DNA of 64,000 bases. Source: Perkinsela sp. CCAP 1560/9 (taxonomy: Eukaryota > Protista > Euglenozoa: Kinetoplastea). The stretch spans positions 558,001-622,000 of the forward strand of contig CBFFSA010000001.1 in NCBI GenBank assembly GCA_965644495.1, given 5' to 3'. The translations under genes and the position numbers were made by a program. The first letter of the stretch is position 1; every line of letters begins with the position of its first letter. Under the pieces are notes generated by a model. That model worked only from the letters and a program-made list of their open reading frames with translations, was not told the origin of the DNA and searched no databases. Shown piece by piece: positions 21,164 through 31,496 of this stretch.

Positions 21164-22402
21164 TTATATTTTAGACTTTGATTCCGTACGTAGAATGACA
21201 TCGTTCATTGCTCGGGCAACACGAGCAACGTTTCCTTCATTCAATCCCGCCACAGATATACGAGCTTGTTGAGTCAAGTAGATGTGATGGTTTTCTACAA
21301 GATCCGTACACTGTGCTGGCGTAAGCCCCAAGTAGGAAAACATCCCGATTTGATCTGTAATGTGATTCCATGACCCAGGTGTCCCCAATTTTTCGAGCTC
21401 ACGCCGAAGTGCCTCTCGCATGCTTCGAATACGGTTCGCCATGGACTGCAGCTCCGTGACCCATTTCGCGCGAAGCGTTTCGTTTCCCAAAATTTCCGTC
21501 ACAATCATGGCCCCGTGTCGCGGAGGGTTACTGTAGGACGCACGTACCAACCCCTTTAACTGCGTCCCCACCGCCTGAACCGTGGCCTCATCCGGACACA
21601 CCACACTTAAACACCCCACACGCTCTCCATACAACCCCATATTCTTCGCAAACGACTGCGCCACCAGGAACTTCAAATCCTGCTCCATAAAAATCCGCAC
21701 CGGTGTGGCATCCGCTTCCAGGTCCCCACTCGCGTACCCCTGGTACGCGCTATCCATCAGGACCGCAATATCCTCCCGTGCGCGCAGCGCCTTCGCCAGT
21801 ACCCCCCACTGGGCCTTCGAGAGGTCCGCGCCCGTGGGGTTATGCGCGGCGACTTGCAACACCACAATGGCGCCCCGGGGCATTTGGTTCACATCCTCCA
21901 GAAGCCCTTCGAAATCCACCCCGCGGGTTTTGGCATCAAAGTAGCGGTAGGCGTTTCGGCAGTTCGTGTACCCGGCGTGGGCAAAAATATTCATGTGGTT
22001 CGGCCAGGTGGGGGCGCTGCAGTAGACTGGGCTGTCGCGCCCTTTGAAGGTGGCCAGGAACTCCGCGGCGAGACGAAGCGCCCCGGTGCCGGAGAGGGTC
22101 TGGGAGCGCGCGATGCGACCCAGGGGGGCGGCGGGGCCGTAGAGCAGCTGGACGGCGAGAGCGGTGAAGTTCGCGTACCCGTCGCTTTGGAGGTACTCCT
22201 TGGGGTGGGCGTTGGCGAGAAGGCGTTTCTCGGCCTCGTGGACGACGTTAAGGAGGTAGGGGCGGCCGTTGGCGTCGCGGTAGGCTCCGATGCCGAGGTC
22301 GACTTTGTGGGGGGTGGGGTCCTCGGTGAAACGACGGGCGAGGGCGAAGATGGCATCGACGGGGATGGTGGGGACGGGGGCTTTGAGGTAGGGGAGAGAC
22401 AT
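21164..22402 (-). CDS. GOT: Aspartate aminotransferase, C-terminal SKI
   Basis: DLGIGAYRD, QTLSGTGAL, HNPTG, DSAYQG, QSFAKNMGLYGER (PLP Lys). ATG at 22402. Confidence 0.96.
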   Translation of the reverse strand: MSLPYLKAPVPTIPVDAIFALARRFTEDPTPHKVDLGIGAYRDANGRPYLLNVVHEAEKRLLANAHPKEYLQSDGYANFTALAVQLLYGPAAPLGRIARSQTLSGTGALRLAAEFLATFKGRDSPVYCSAPTWPNHMNIFAHAGYTNCRNAYRYFDAKTRGVDFEGLLEDVNQMPRGAIVVLQVAAHNPTGADLSKAQWGVLAKALRAREDIAVLMDSAYQGYASGDLEADATPVRIFMEQDLKFLVAQSFAKNMGLYGERVGCLSVVCPDEATVQAVGTQLKGLVRASYSNPPRHGAMIVTEILGNETLRAKWVTELQSMANRIRSMREALRRELEKLGTPGSWNHITDQIGMFSYLGLTPAQCTDLVENHHIYLTQQARISVAGLNEGNVARVARAMNDVILRTESKSKI

Positions 22403-22573
22403 GGGGGGTTGGGGGTGGTTTGTAGGGGGAAGGAGAGTGATTTTGGAAAGGTAAAGATAAAAGAAGTCGGTGGATGGGAGACTCACGACCTGAATCGTCT
22501 TCGGGCAGAAACCCTTTCTTTTCTAAACTTTATAGTTATGAAACAACTTAAATGTGCACACTTCCGCCACTCT

Positions 22574-23527
22574 TCATATTCCTTGCCTCTTAATCACCTT
22601 CAAATCATGAAGTAAATTTTGAACGTTCGGTCTCTGCGTTGGTTCCGGATGAAGCATCCGAGCAATGACACCGTCTAAAGAGCCATTGCCGGTACTATGA
22701 AAGTCTTGAATTTTGGTATTCAGCTTATCACGAAGAGACGTAAGGGAATCAGCCCGGTGCACAAAATAGGGATGCGTTCCATAAAGAGCAATGTAAGTCA
22801 ATACTCCTAATGCATAAATGTCGGCCTGAGAGTATTCTTCGAGCGATAAGAATGTCTTGCCGAAACCGAGCGCCTGATTCACACGTTCACTACTTAGAAA
22901 GAGGGGAGAACCTGAGGCAACATTATCAGATTCACTACAAGGTATCTTGACCTCTTCGGCCCGATTTTGAGTGTTGTCGACAAAGGCTGAGCCGAAATCA
23001 ATGAGCTTGACCTCATTAATGGTCTCGTCAAACATAACATTCTCCAGACGTATATCACGATGTGCTATGCCAAGATGGTGAAGATGTAATAGTACCTCTG
23101 TTAAGGGACAAAGCACGTAAGTGACGAAAAAGGAAACATTTCGCAGGGGTGAAGTGGAATCCATGAGGTGACTCAGTAGCGTTTTACCTTCGACCCACTT
23201 CATGGAAATGTAGCCATGTGAGTGGGTCCGATAGGCTTCTATGTAGTGCACAATTTTTGGATGTGATACTTTGCGCAGCACCGCAACTTCAGTGAGGAAC
23301 GTTTTCCATTGTAGACACCCTACTGGGGTAATGGAGCCCGCCTTTGGTGGAGGAAGATCTGATTTTTTAAGGGCACGTAAACCGTCCTTAGACCTCCATA
23401 AGGTGGCGAAAGTACCTTCCGCGATCAAAAGTTCCGTTGAGTCCCCACGAGTACGCATCGGGATACCGCGCAAAAGCTGGGTCATCACCTTTTTACAATC
23501 AGTCAATTCGTCATCTTCAAAGCACAT
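22574..23527 (-). CDS. Ser/Thr protein kinase
   Basis: AEGTFATL, ALKK, HRDIRLEN, DFG, ADIYALG. Confidence 0.9.
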   Translation of the reverse strand: MCFEDDELTDCKKVMTQLLRGIPMRTRGDSTELLIAEGTFATLWRSKDGLRALKKSDLPPPKAGSITPVGCLQWKTFLTEVAVLRKVSHPKIVHYIEAYRTHSHGYISMKWVEGKTLLSHLMDSTSPLRNVSFFVTYVLCPLTEVLLHLHHLGIAHRDIRLENVMFDETINEVKLIDFGSAFVDNTQNRAEEVKIPCSESDNVASGSPLFLSSERVNQALGFGKTFLSLEEYSQADIYALGVLTYIALYGTHPYFVHRADSLTSLRDKLNTKIQDFHSTGNGSLDGVIARMLHPEPTQRPNVQNLLHDLKVIKRQGI

Positions 23528-23738
23528 TAAAAAATAATTTGACGAAGAATTAACTATTTTAATTAGAATTGGGATGACCTCGAAAAGTAACTGATTTACA
23601 CTAGAACTTGGTAAGCGTAGCCAGCCAATCTAGTGCACACGTTTTCCTGAGACTAGAGTATTCGTTTCTTTTTCAAGAACAAAAATTTCTTTTCAAGTAC
23701 AAAAGAAATCGTGGCGCAAAATTCGCTGGACAAAGGTT

Positions 23739-24422
23739 TTAGAAGATGGCATATCCCGTTCCGTTGGCAGAAGCAGCAATAATTTTAACTATTTTAATTG
23801 CAAATACAATATTAAATATTTGCATAGCACATGCCAATATCTTCAACAAAATGCTCACGTAAGATTGCGTGATAACGTGATATACAAGCAAAGGAACAAA
23901 GATCAGACGTAGCAGTAAGAAGGAAAGAGCAAACACTCGCTCACATGCCCAATTGACCCATGTCACTCGCTTTTTGTCGTGGTGAAAAATCCACATTGTG
24001 TGATAAAAAGGATTGGAGGCTTCCATTAGCAAAAGTCCCATATTCAGCTCCCATCCCGACATCCCAGAAAAAACCGAGTCCAAGAGCGCCACTGCTGACA
24101 CAACATGATGTATGAGAAAATGGCACTCCGAAAAACCGTAAACGTATGAGACCACTCCGTCATAAACGAAGTAAGAAGCTGAAAACAAGAGAGCAACAAC
24201 TTGTGAATCACTTGTTTCCCCTCCTGGTAGAGGCTCAATTTGAAGTGACCACGCATTCCACGACAATATGCAGATGATAACTGAGTGCATAAGACTAACA
24301 ATACGACTGGCATATTCCCTAGATGCAGCACTAAAGTAATACCGAACGAGGGAGAATAGTGCACACCAAAGGAAGAAACCAACAGTCAATGAAAATAAAA
24401 TCTCACCTGAATGAGCTATCAT
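23739..24422 (-). CDS. TLC (TRAM-LAG1-CLN8) domain membrane protein
   Basis: RIVSLMHS, SYFVYD, LIHH, EASNPF, FLLLR; multiple TM helices. First ATG at 24422. Confidence 0.85.
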   Translation of the reverse strand: MIAHSGEILFSLTVGFFLWCALFSLVRYYFSAASREYASRIVSLMHSVIICILSWNAWSLQIEPLPGGETSDSQVVALLFSASYFVYDGVVSYVYGFSECHFLIHHVVSAVALLDSVFSGMSGWELNMGLLLMEASNPFYHTMWIFHHDKKRVTWVNWACERVFALSFLLLRLIFVPLLVYHVITQSYVSILLKILACAMQIFNIVFAIKIVKIIAASANGTGYAIF

Positions 24423-24609
24423 TGGAATGGAGAGTTGAAAAGGAAGAAGATCGTAGATGACAAGCAACTAGTTATAGAATGCTCAAATATCAAAAGAATT
24501 TCTTTTTACTATTATAACTGTACCATATAGAATACGTACTACTTTCATGATTATGATAATCTTTTAATTGCCTCACAATGTACATGTACGACAGTTCATT
24601 GCTGAACAT

Positions 24610-25107
24610 CTATTTGCGACGCTCGTATATTTCCCTTGCTTGTGCCGGCAATGGTTCTCGACTATAGCGATCAATAGAGAGACGATCATAGCCCCAAACC
24701 CCTCTCTCGTACACACCAGATATTTTCCCTCCTCCCGTGGGGTAGTATCCACAGCGGCCCCAGGCGAATCGGGTGTACAAATGCTCCAGCCACCACTCCT
24801 GGTACATGCAACGTTTGTACCAGAGATTCAGTTGTGTAATGCGTGAACGGCGATAACCTGTGGGATCGGTAGAACTGTTCAACGCGGTGGCCGGTGCCAT
24901 TCGCATGCGCTGCCGCTCAGCTCGAATGATACCTACTCTCCGAAGAGGTAAGGTGTCCACACCAAGCGTGAAGTATAAAATCTTATGCTGCAATAAGCGT
25001 TCAGGTTCGGTAAACCATCGTGGGCCGGAGTGTATTTGATTGCTTGGATTCACAATTTTTGCTGCAGAAACGTAGTAGTTTCGGCATACACTAGAACTGT
25101 GTAGCAT
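24610..25107 (-). CDS. Small basic mitochondrial protein, probable kinetoplastid mitoribosomal subunit
   Basis: ATG at 25107 after a pyrimidine tract; presequence-like MLHSSSVCRNY; Arg/Trp/Tyr-rich. Specific identity not established. Confidence 0.55.
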   Translation of the reverse strand: MLHSSSVCRNYYVSAAKIVNPSNQIHSGPRWFTEPERLLQHKILYFTLGVDTLPLRRVGIIRAERQRMRMAPATALNSSTDPTGYRRSRITQLNLWYKRCMYQEWWLEHLYTRFAWGRCGYYPTGGGKISGVYERGVWGYDRLSIDRYSREPLPAQAREIYERRK

Positions 25108-25359
25108 GTTTAGAATGATTTGCAGTAAATCAAATTCATAAAGAAAAAGTACAAGAAACTTTTCGTGTGCTGTATTGAAGGAGATGAATTGCACACCACA
25201 GCAATCTGTATACGTTTTTATACGTCTGTATATGTTTTTATACTTGGTATGATGCATAGCATGATTGCTAATGCTCAAAAATTATTTTCCGCTCGTTCTC
25301 CAAGTACAAGCTGTGAGAGCTATAGCCACCCACAGAAGTACACCAACAATGAGCATAGA

Positions 25360-25436
25360 ATTTTCAGCCCCGAAAGGTGTGATCAAAAAAAAATAGAATC
25401 ATAGGCTTCATTAAAAGATTAATCATCATGAAGAAG
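25360..25436 (-). ncRNA. Box C/D snoRNA candidate, snR39B/SNORD2-like (LSU Gm in CCCGAAAG), copy 1
   Basis: Minus strand: ATGATGA (25429-25423)...CACCTTTCGGG-G-CTGA (25367-25364). The D+5 rule targets the G of CCCGAAAG. Duplicated at 26126. Confidence 0.8.
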
Positions 25437-25546
25437 TGTTTTTCATTCTACTGATTTCCCTACTTACGCTACTCTACTCCCCTACTGTAGAAGCACTTTT
25501 TTATGAGCTGGATTTCTCTCCAGCGTGAAAATCTTTCGTAACATGA

Positions 25547-25610
25547 CTTCCCTTTATTTAAGAGTCCAAATGTCCGAATCGGTGGACTCTTAAGTCGGGG
25601 AGATAGTAAC
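25547..25610. repeat. Dispersed hairpin element, copy 1
   Basis: Perfect 11-bp inverted repeat TTAAGAGTCCA/TGGACTCTTAA. 24-nt core identical to 31385-31408. Confidence 0.8.
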
Positions 25611-26125
25611 AGCTCATGCTCTAAGATTAATTTGTATTTCCATTTCAAAAGTTGGGTGCAGACAACTTATATTGTACCCACTTTCAAAAATATTTTCTTT
25701 GGACCAGTTTTCAATAATATCCTGTTTTCCTCTTGTACATTCGAAAAATAGAGAGCCTACCTGCGCAGTCCCTTTCAAAACTTTGTGTATTGAATCCTTC
25801 TGCGACGTACGAAGAGTGAGTCATTTCCCTTGTATGGTATACCTGGTGTGCTATGATTAGGGAAAGGTTTGTCCAGAACTATTTTGTGATTTTCTAAGGA
25901 AGGCGCAAAGTCCTGCGGATTATCCCCAGCATATTTCCATCTGAGTACGCAGCTGAGATCGAAACAAGTACACATGCCAGAAAAAACAAGAAAAAAGAAG
26001 GAACCAAAGCACCTAAAATCTAGATAACAAAAAAATAGAAATCGATAAATTTTTGGGTACCATATAAGTTAACATTGCCCCAAAAATTTTATTTACCCCA
26101 AGAACCAACCATGAATGAACGAATC

Positions 26126-26202
26126 TTTTTCAGCCCCGAAAGGTGTGATCAAAAATATATAGAATCATAGGTTTCATAGAAAGATTTATCATCATGAAGA
26201 AG
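26126..26202 (-). ncRNA. Box C/D snoRNA candidate, snR39B/SNORD2-like, copy 2
   Basis: Boxes and guide identical to copy 1; substitutions fall only outside the boxes and the D guide. Confidence 0.8.
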
Positions 26203-26721
26203 AGATAATTTAAAGTCCATGAACTCTATGCATGGTGCATGAAAAATAATGTGACTACACTAGTATGCATATTTTGCTGCTGGTATTATGCATGTATATT
26301 GCTTGCTGGATTAGTCAAAGTCACGTAAGACTCTTCAGTCATAATACGATTGGGTTGTCAAAGGGCACACGCATCAGTCTTCTCGTTTTCTCTTTGGTGC
26401 ACTGAGTATGACGAATAGAATACTGACAGCTTTTAACGTTCCCGCAAACCATGTTGCAGCAATAGCTACAAGAAGCCCTACTGTCTGACACTCCATGATT
26501 CTTGAGTCTATTTGAAGACATACATGTATGTACATGTAAGCATGACTTACATGTAAGTCATCGAATCCATGCACTGAATTGCCGTAATTAAATATGAACA
26601 AACGTGAAGATAAAAATAACGATATGACATTCAACTCCAAATACCCTATTCATAGAATCTCAAATGGACAGAGACTACGATCAACCATTGCATTCAATAC
26701 CAGTTCGAATGATGTGCGTTG

Positions 26722-27936
26722 CTACATTGGGTTAGGATACGGCAAACCCTGCTCTGGCTTCCGGGACGCCTCCGACAGCATGGGAACTGTGAAATAATGT
26801 ACAGCGGGTAAATATTTCTGCCTTATCGCCGCAGTTTCCACTATTCCTCCTTCAAAACGAATACGGGACTTTACCTTTTTGTCCGCGTCAATAGATTCGG
26901 CGTAGCTCAGAATCTCCGCGTAAGTATCTTCAGGGATATAACTGGGCTCTGGTATCCCCACTCGCTCGTACCATCGTGCGATGTTAAGGTCCCAAACCGT
27001 ACAAAGCATACGAATCGCTGAGGGAAACTCAGCTAATCCGTCTTCGTCAAAAAAAGAGTTATGTTTGGCATGAAGTCGGAAATCACGGCGTAAGGCAAAG
27101 AGCTCCTTTTCATCCGTCGGCAAGGGACGAATATTTAGTTCCTTTGTCTGACGGAAAAGAACGTAGAGTACGCGGTAGGTACCCGCATCTTCTGTAGGTA
27201 GTGGTGGCAAGTAGGGTAGGGTAGTACTACCCACACAGGGGCGGTTGATACCTTCCCCGCGGAGATTATATTGAAGGCCATGCAGAAGAAACCCCGTGTC
27301 TGATTTTGTTCGGAAAGGGTAATCGGGACTTACAATCAAGAGAGCGTACAGATTTCCGTCTTTGGGAAGATAAATCCGTGCCGGTTGTTGCAAGTGCTTC
27401 GCTTCAATATAGTTCCCGAAATGCGGTGAGCGCCAAAACGTGGACCTGCCTGGGTGATCCGCAACTTCCTCATGTAGTACTGAAAAGTTAACATCATTTT
27501 CCACACAGGGAAAGAACTCAGGAACTATACCGTGCTTCCTAAGATACTGGGGAGCCAATTTTTTCTCTTCCGATTCATTCCACTGCTCCGAGGTAAACCC
27601 TCGGTAATCCTTCTGCGGTATTTCTGGATAGGAAGTGCGTCTGAAATCAGACATACTAACTCGCATAAAAAACGTGTGAGGAACGTGATGAGGAGAGTGA
27701 AATAAATGGGGTGTATCTAAGGCGTCAGAGTACTGCCTCGGCTGAAACCAATGGTCGCAGAGGACAGTTTTTTGTAGACCGTATTGCGGACTCCACAGTA
27801 ACTCAGGGCAAGGTAACTTCTCTAACTGCCTCTTTTTACGATCTTCTTCTCTTTTTTCCCTTGTTCGAGTTTCGAGGGTAGAAGACATTGTGCGCCATCC
27901 AGGCACCTCCATTAGAAGACCTAACGTGCGTCTCAT
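26722..27936 (-). CDS. MRPL38: Mitochondrial ribosomal protein mL38 (PEBP domain)
   Basis: PEBP-like YALLIVSPD and YLPPLPTEDAGTYRVLYVLFRQ; presequence MRRTLGLL. Confidence 0.8.
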   Translation of the reverse strand: MRRTLGLLMEVPGWRTMSSTLETRTREKREEDRKKRQLEKLPCPELLWSPQYGLQKTVLCDHWFQPRQYSDALDTPHLFHSPHHVPHTFFMRVSMSDFRRTSYPEIPQKDYRGFTSEQWNESEEKKLAPQYLRKHGIVPEFFPCVENDVNFSVLHEEVADHPGRSTFWRSPHFGNYIEAKHLQQPARIYLPKDGNLYALLIVSPDYPFRTKSDTGFLLHGLQYNLRGEGINRPCVGSTTLPYLPPLPTEDAGTYRVLYVLFRQTKELNIRPLPTDEKELFALRRDFRLHAKHNSFFDEDGLAEFPSAIRMLCTVWDLNIARWYERVGIPEPSYIPEDTYAEILSYAESIDADKKVKSRIRFEGGIVETAAIRQKYLPAVHYFTVPMLSEASRKPEQGLPYPNPM

Positions 27937-28140
27937 TAGACCAAGGTAGAGAACTAAAATATATCTTCAAGTACCAGATAAAAAATGCTGCACTTTAATT
28001 TTTACCATGCTAAAATCTAGAAATATAAGTCATTTCCCCCCGAGAAATGTAGCGAAATAAATAGCCCAGTCCGCCCAAGTTATACGAATACACAGCTCAA
28101 ACCATAATCCAATACCCGCTGCAGTTCAGCAGAAGAAACT

Positions 28141-29991
28141 CTATTCTGGCAGGGAACGAAGTGCAGCTTGAATATCCTCATACTGTTGTCTAAAATGCGC
28201 CTCTAGAGTATCCTGCCCCAAGGCTGGGTCTTGGAACTTCATTTCTGTCAACTGCACAAGTGTTGAAGGCAGTGTGTTGCGAATCCAGGACCATGTAATC
28301 TTCTTCGACGAAGAGTCCGAGAGTAATCGATGGGCCTCTTCATAAAAGCACACAATGTTCTTCATCATCCACAATGTTTTGTAGAGCGGGCAAAATTTAT
28401 CGTAAACTTTAAACGCATCTTGTTGTAAAAACTCTTCTCGAACGAGTTTCGCCACTTCCAGCACTAGTTTGTCTTGCTCACTTAGCGAGTCCTTCCCGAC
28501 CAGCTGCACAATTTCGGTCAAGTCCTCCTCACGCTGAAGAATCCGTGCCAACGTGGAACGCAGCTGCAAAAACTCTGGATCGATCCGAGAGAAGTAGGGT
28601 TCCATCACCTTTAGGTACTTCGAGTAACTCAACAACCAGTTCACGGATGGAAAATGTTTCCGCTGGGCGAGCTTTTTGTCCAGTCCCCAAAACACTTGCA
28701 CAATTCCGAGCGTGGCCGTCGTCACGGGATCCGAAAAATCCCCTCCCGGAGGCGACACCGCTCCCACAATCGTCACACTCCCCTCACGACGCGGCGAACC
28801 CAGACACCGTACCTTCCCCGCGCGCTCATAGAAACTCGCCAGACGAGCCCCCAAATACGCCGGGTATCCCCCATCCGCCGGCATCTCCGCCAACCTCCCC
28901 GAAATCTCCCGCAACGCCTCCGCCCACCGGCTCGTGCTATCCGCCATCATCGCCAAATCCTTCCCCATATCCCGGTAGTACTCCGCGAGCGTGATCCCGG
29001 TATAAATCGACGCCTCCCGCGCCGCCACCGGCATATTCGACGTGTTCGCCACCAGCGTCGTCCGTTTCATAATACTCTCCTCCCGGTCCCCCACGGGGGT
29101 CGTCAGCGCGGGGAACTCCATCAGCACCTCCGCCATCTCATTCCCCCGCTCCCCGCACCCCACGTAGACCACCGCGTCGCTGTTGCTGTACTTCGACAGC
29201 GCCTGGGAGATCACCGTCTTGCCGCAGCCAAAGGCCCCGGGGATCGCACAGGTCCCGCCCTGGGCCGCGGGGAAGAACGCGTCCAGCACGCGCTGCCCGG
29301 TGAGCAGCGGCATCGAGCCGCTGAGCTTCTCCGCGACGGGCCGGGGGGAGCGCACGGGCCAGTGCTGGGCTAGGGTCAGCTTTTTGCGCGTGCCACGGGG
29401 GGTTTCGAGTTCAAGAATCGTGTCGGTGAGGGTGTAGTCCCCGGGGCACGCGATCTCGCGGACAACCCCTTCGGTGGAGGGGGGGAGCATAATGTGGTGT
29501 TGGGGGATGAGGGAGTTTTCGTAGACGGTGCCGAAGATGTGACCGGGGGAGAGGGTGTCGCCGGGGCGGACGGCGGGGGTGAATTCCCAGGGCTGGGTGT
29601 GGTCCAGGGGGAGGACGTTGACCCCGCGGGGGATGTAGACGGAGTTGGAGAGGGTTTGGATGGTGTCGAGGGGACGTTGGATGCCGTCAAAGATCTGGCC
29701 CATGATCCCGGGACCGAGTTCGAGGCTGAGGGGGGTGCCGGTGCGGTAGACAGGGTCCCCGACACGGACCCCGCCGGTCTCTTCGTAGACTTGGATTGTG
29801 GCGGTGTCGCCTTGGAGACGGATGATTTCCCCGACGAGTTTGTAGTTTCCCACACGAACGAGTTCGTACATGGCACTGCCGGACATGTGGACCGCAATAA
29901 CTACGGGACCGCTGACACCTTGTACCGCGCCCAGCGTGTGCTCCGGGGCATCCTCAATAGTGGCGTCCCGGGGTAGGGGTAGGGAGGTCAT
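28141..29991 (-). CDS. ATP6V1A: V-type H+-ATPase catalytic subunit A
   Basis: [40 protein letters not shown]. No intein. Confidence 0.98.
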   Translation of the reverse strand: MTSLPLPRDATIEDAPEHTLGAVQGVSGPVVIAVHMSGSAMYELVRVGNYKLVGEIIRLQGDTATIQVYEETGGVRVGDPVYRTGTPLSLELGPGIMGQIFDGIQRPLDTIQTLSNSVYIPRGVNVLPLDHTQPWEFTPAVRPGDTLSPGHIFGTVYENSLIPQHHIMLPPSTEGVVREIACPGDYTLTDTILELETPRGTRKKLTLAQHWPVRSPRPVAEKLSGSMPLLTGQRVLDAFFPAAQGGTCAIPGAFGCGKTVISQALSKYSNSDAVVYVGCGERGNEMAEVLMEFPALTTPVGDREESIMKRTTLVANTSNMPVAAREASIYTGITLAEYYRDMGKDLAMMADSTSRWAEALREISGRLAEMPADGGYPAYLGARLASFYERAGKVRCLGSPRREGSVTIVGAVSPPGGDFSDPVTTATLGIVQVFWGLDKKLAQRKHFPSVNWLLSYSKYLKVMEPYFSRIDPEFLQLRSTLARILQREEDLTEIVQLVGKDSLSEQDKLVLEVAKLVREEFLQQDAFKVYDKFCPLYKTLWMMKNIVCFYEEAHRLLSDSSSKKITWSWIRNTLPSTLVQLTEMKFQDPALGQDTLEAHFRQQYEDIQAALRSLPE

Positions 29992-30327
29992 GTAATGATA
30001 GAGTAAGGGTTAAAAGGAGGGAAAAGTGGCAAGAATTTTCAAAAAGAGAACAAAGAGATAATAACATACTATGTTTTCGAAACATTAGAATGTGCACTCC
30101 TTGTTCGCAATTGTGAACAACTTCCACATACAAACCTTTCAAAATTGGTGATTGCAGTTATTCACTTTAAAATTTCTGTATTCACTTACAAGATTTGTGA
30201 GAAAAAATATGTATTTTTTAACGCCAAATAATATTGCAAAAGCTATGGAATGCCTTTTGGTTCGATATAAGTGATTAAATCACCTATCAAAAAATTGGAG
30301 CAAAAGAATATCAGAAATTCCATGGAG

Positions 30328-30951
30328 CTATGCATGCTCCTCTGCAAGTGCATCCGGTTCATCGTCGGAATCTTCGTCTTCTCCAATTAACGTGGTGAAA
30401 GGATCTTCCCAAACCTCTAGCTTCAGTATCCCTGCGAGCTCCGCCTCCGTATCCGCCTCCTGATCAACCATGAAGAAGATAAAGAACGTAGCAAAAGAAT
30501 CCTGCTCTTGGATTCCGTCAAGTTTCGCTGGAAGGCGAGGAAACTTCCCCTCCTTCCATTGCACACCGCTCTTGCTTACAGGGGCTCCGTGGGCGTTAAA
30601 CGACTTCCACAACACTTCGTCGTGAAAGAAGGTATTCTTCCCACCAAAGCGCAGCGTGATACAAAAGCCGGCATCATCGACATTCTCCTTCACTTCAATG
30701 TCGATCAGATCTTCAAAAATTTCGGGGTCATGAGGGCCTAATATTTCATCAATGTCGCGGTGCATCAAAAATACTTTGGACCAAAATTTTGGTTCTTCCT
30801 GACTGATTATTTCTCCTCTCTTTTTGAATAACTCAGCTCGGTTGGACAGATACTTTTTGTGCGCCTCAATTGTCTCTTTCTTTGAATTCAAGGATGCTTC
30901 ATCAATACCTTGCTGACATGTCTGAAGCTCTTCGGATACTTGCATTTCCAT
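30328..30951 (-). CDS. Nucleosome assembly protein (NAP/SET family)
   Basis: LFKKRGEII, PKFWSKVF, NTFFHDEVLWK, VQWKEGK, acidic tail. ATG at 30951. Confidence 0.85.
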   Translation of the reverse strand: MEMQVSEELQTCQQGIDEASLNSKKETIEAHKKYLSNRAELFKKRGEIISQEEPKFWSKVFLMHRDIDEILGPHDPEIFEDLIDIEVKENVDDAGFCITLRFGGKNTFFHDEVLWKSFNAHGAPVSKSGVQWKEGKFPRLPAKLDGIQEQDSFATFFIFFMVDQEADTEAELAGILKLEVWEDPFTTLIGEDEDSDDEPDALAEEHA

Positions 30952-31117
30952 TGGTAAATTAGACCGAAATAAGTTTGAAACGGAATGTGGAAAATAAACG
31001 GTCCGTCTTCCCAAAAAGAACGTTTTTCGTCAAAGCACAAAGGATTTATGAACAGTATGCACCAATATAGTTTTTACTACAGTATGCACAATAACAAATC
31101 GAACAACGCAATCGAAC

Positions 31118-31169
31118 TACCGTAGACCCCCTAGTAAGAGAAGGGGTCCACAGTAATAATATTACTGTG
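31118..31169. repeat. TA-flanked mini inverted repeat with an overlapping palindrome (MITE-like remnant)
   Basis: TA-CCGTAGACCCC...GGGGTCCACAG-TA (9/11 inverted match) and CACAGTAAT/ATTACTGTG. Confidence 0.45.
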
Positions 31170-31370
31170 GGGTATACGGCATGTATCAAAGAAGTTGCCA
31201 CTCATCTAAGATGTCCATCTAATGCAAACCCATCTTCCTATGCTTCTCTAGAAGCCTGCTAAAAAAATATCCCGCCCTGGGGAACTAATATGCTCGAGAA
31301 CTAACAAATGTCCTTTTTCCTTATGAAAAATCTTTTTTTTGGATCACAGAATTCTTTTTTTTAGCTTGAA

Positions 31371-31436
31371 TTCCCTACTTACTGTAAGAGTCCAAATGTC
31401 CGAATCGGCGTACTCTTAAGTAGATGGGACAGTAAC
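31371..31436. repeat. Dispersed hairpin element, copy 2
   Basis: TAAGAGTCCAAATGTCCGAATCGG...ACTCTTAAGT...AGTAAC shared with 25547-25610. Confidence 0.8.
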
Positions 31437-31496
31437 CAAAAATGACAAAAAGTATGGTGTAAAAGGTACGTATGTTTTATGTATAACAAGCGACTG

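Noticed and set aside
28141-29991. VMA1-type intein
   Set aside because: 616 aa with a continuous VGCGERGNE motif; no insertion.
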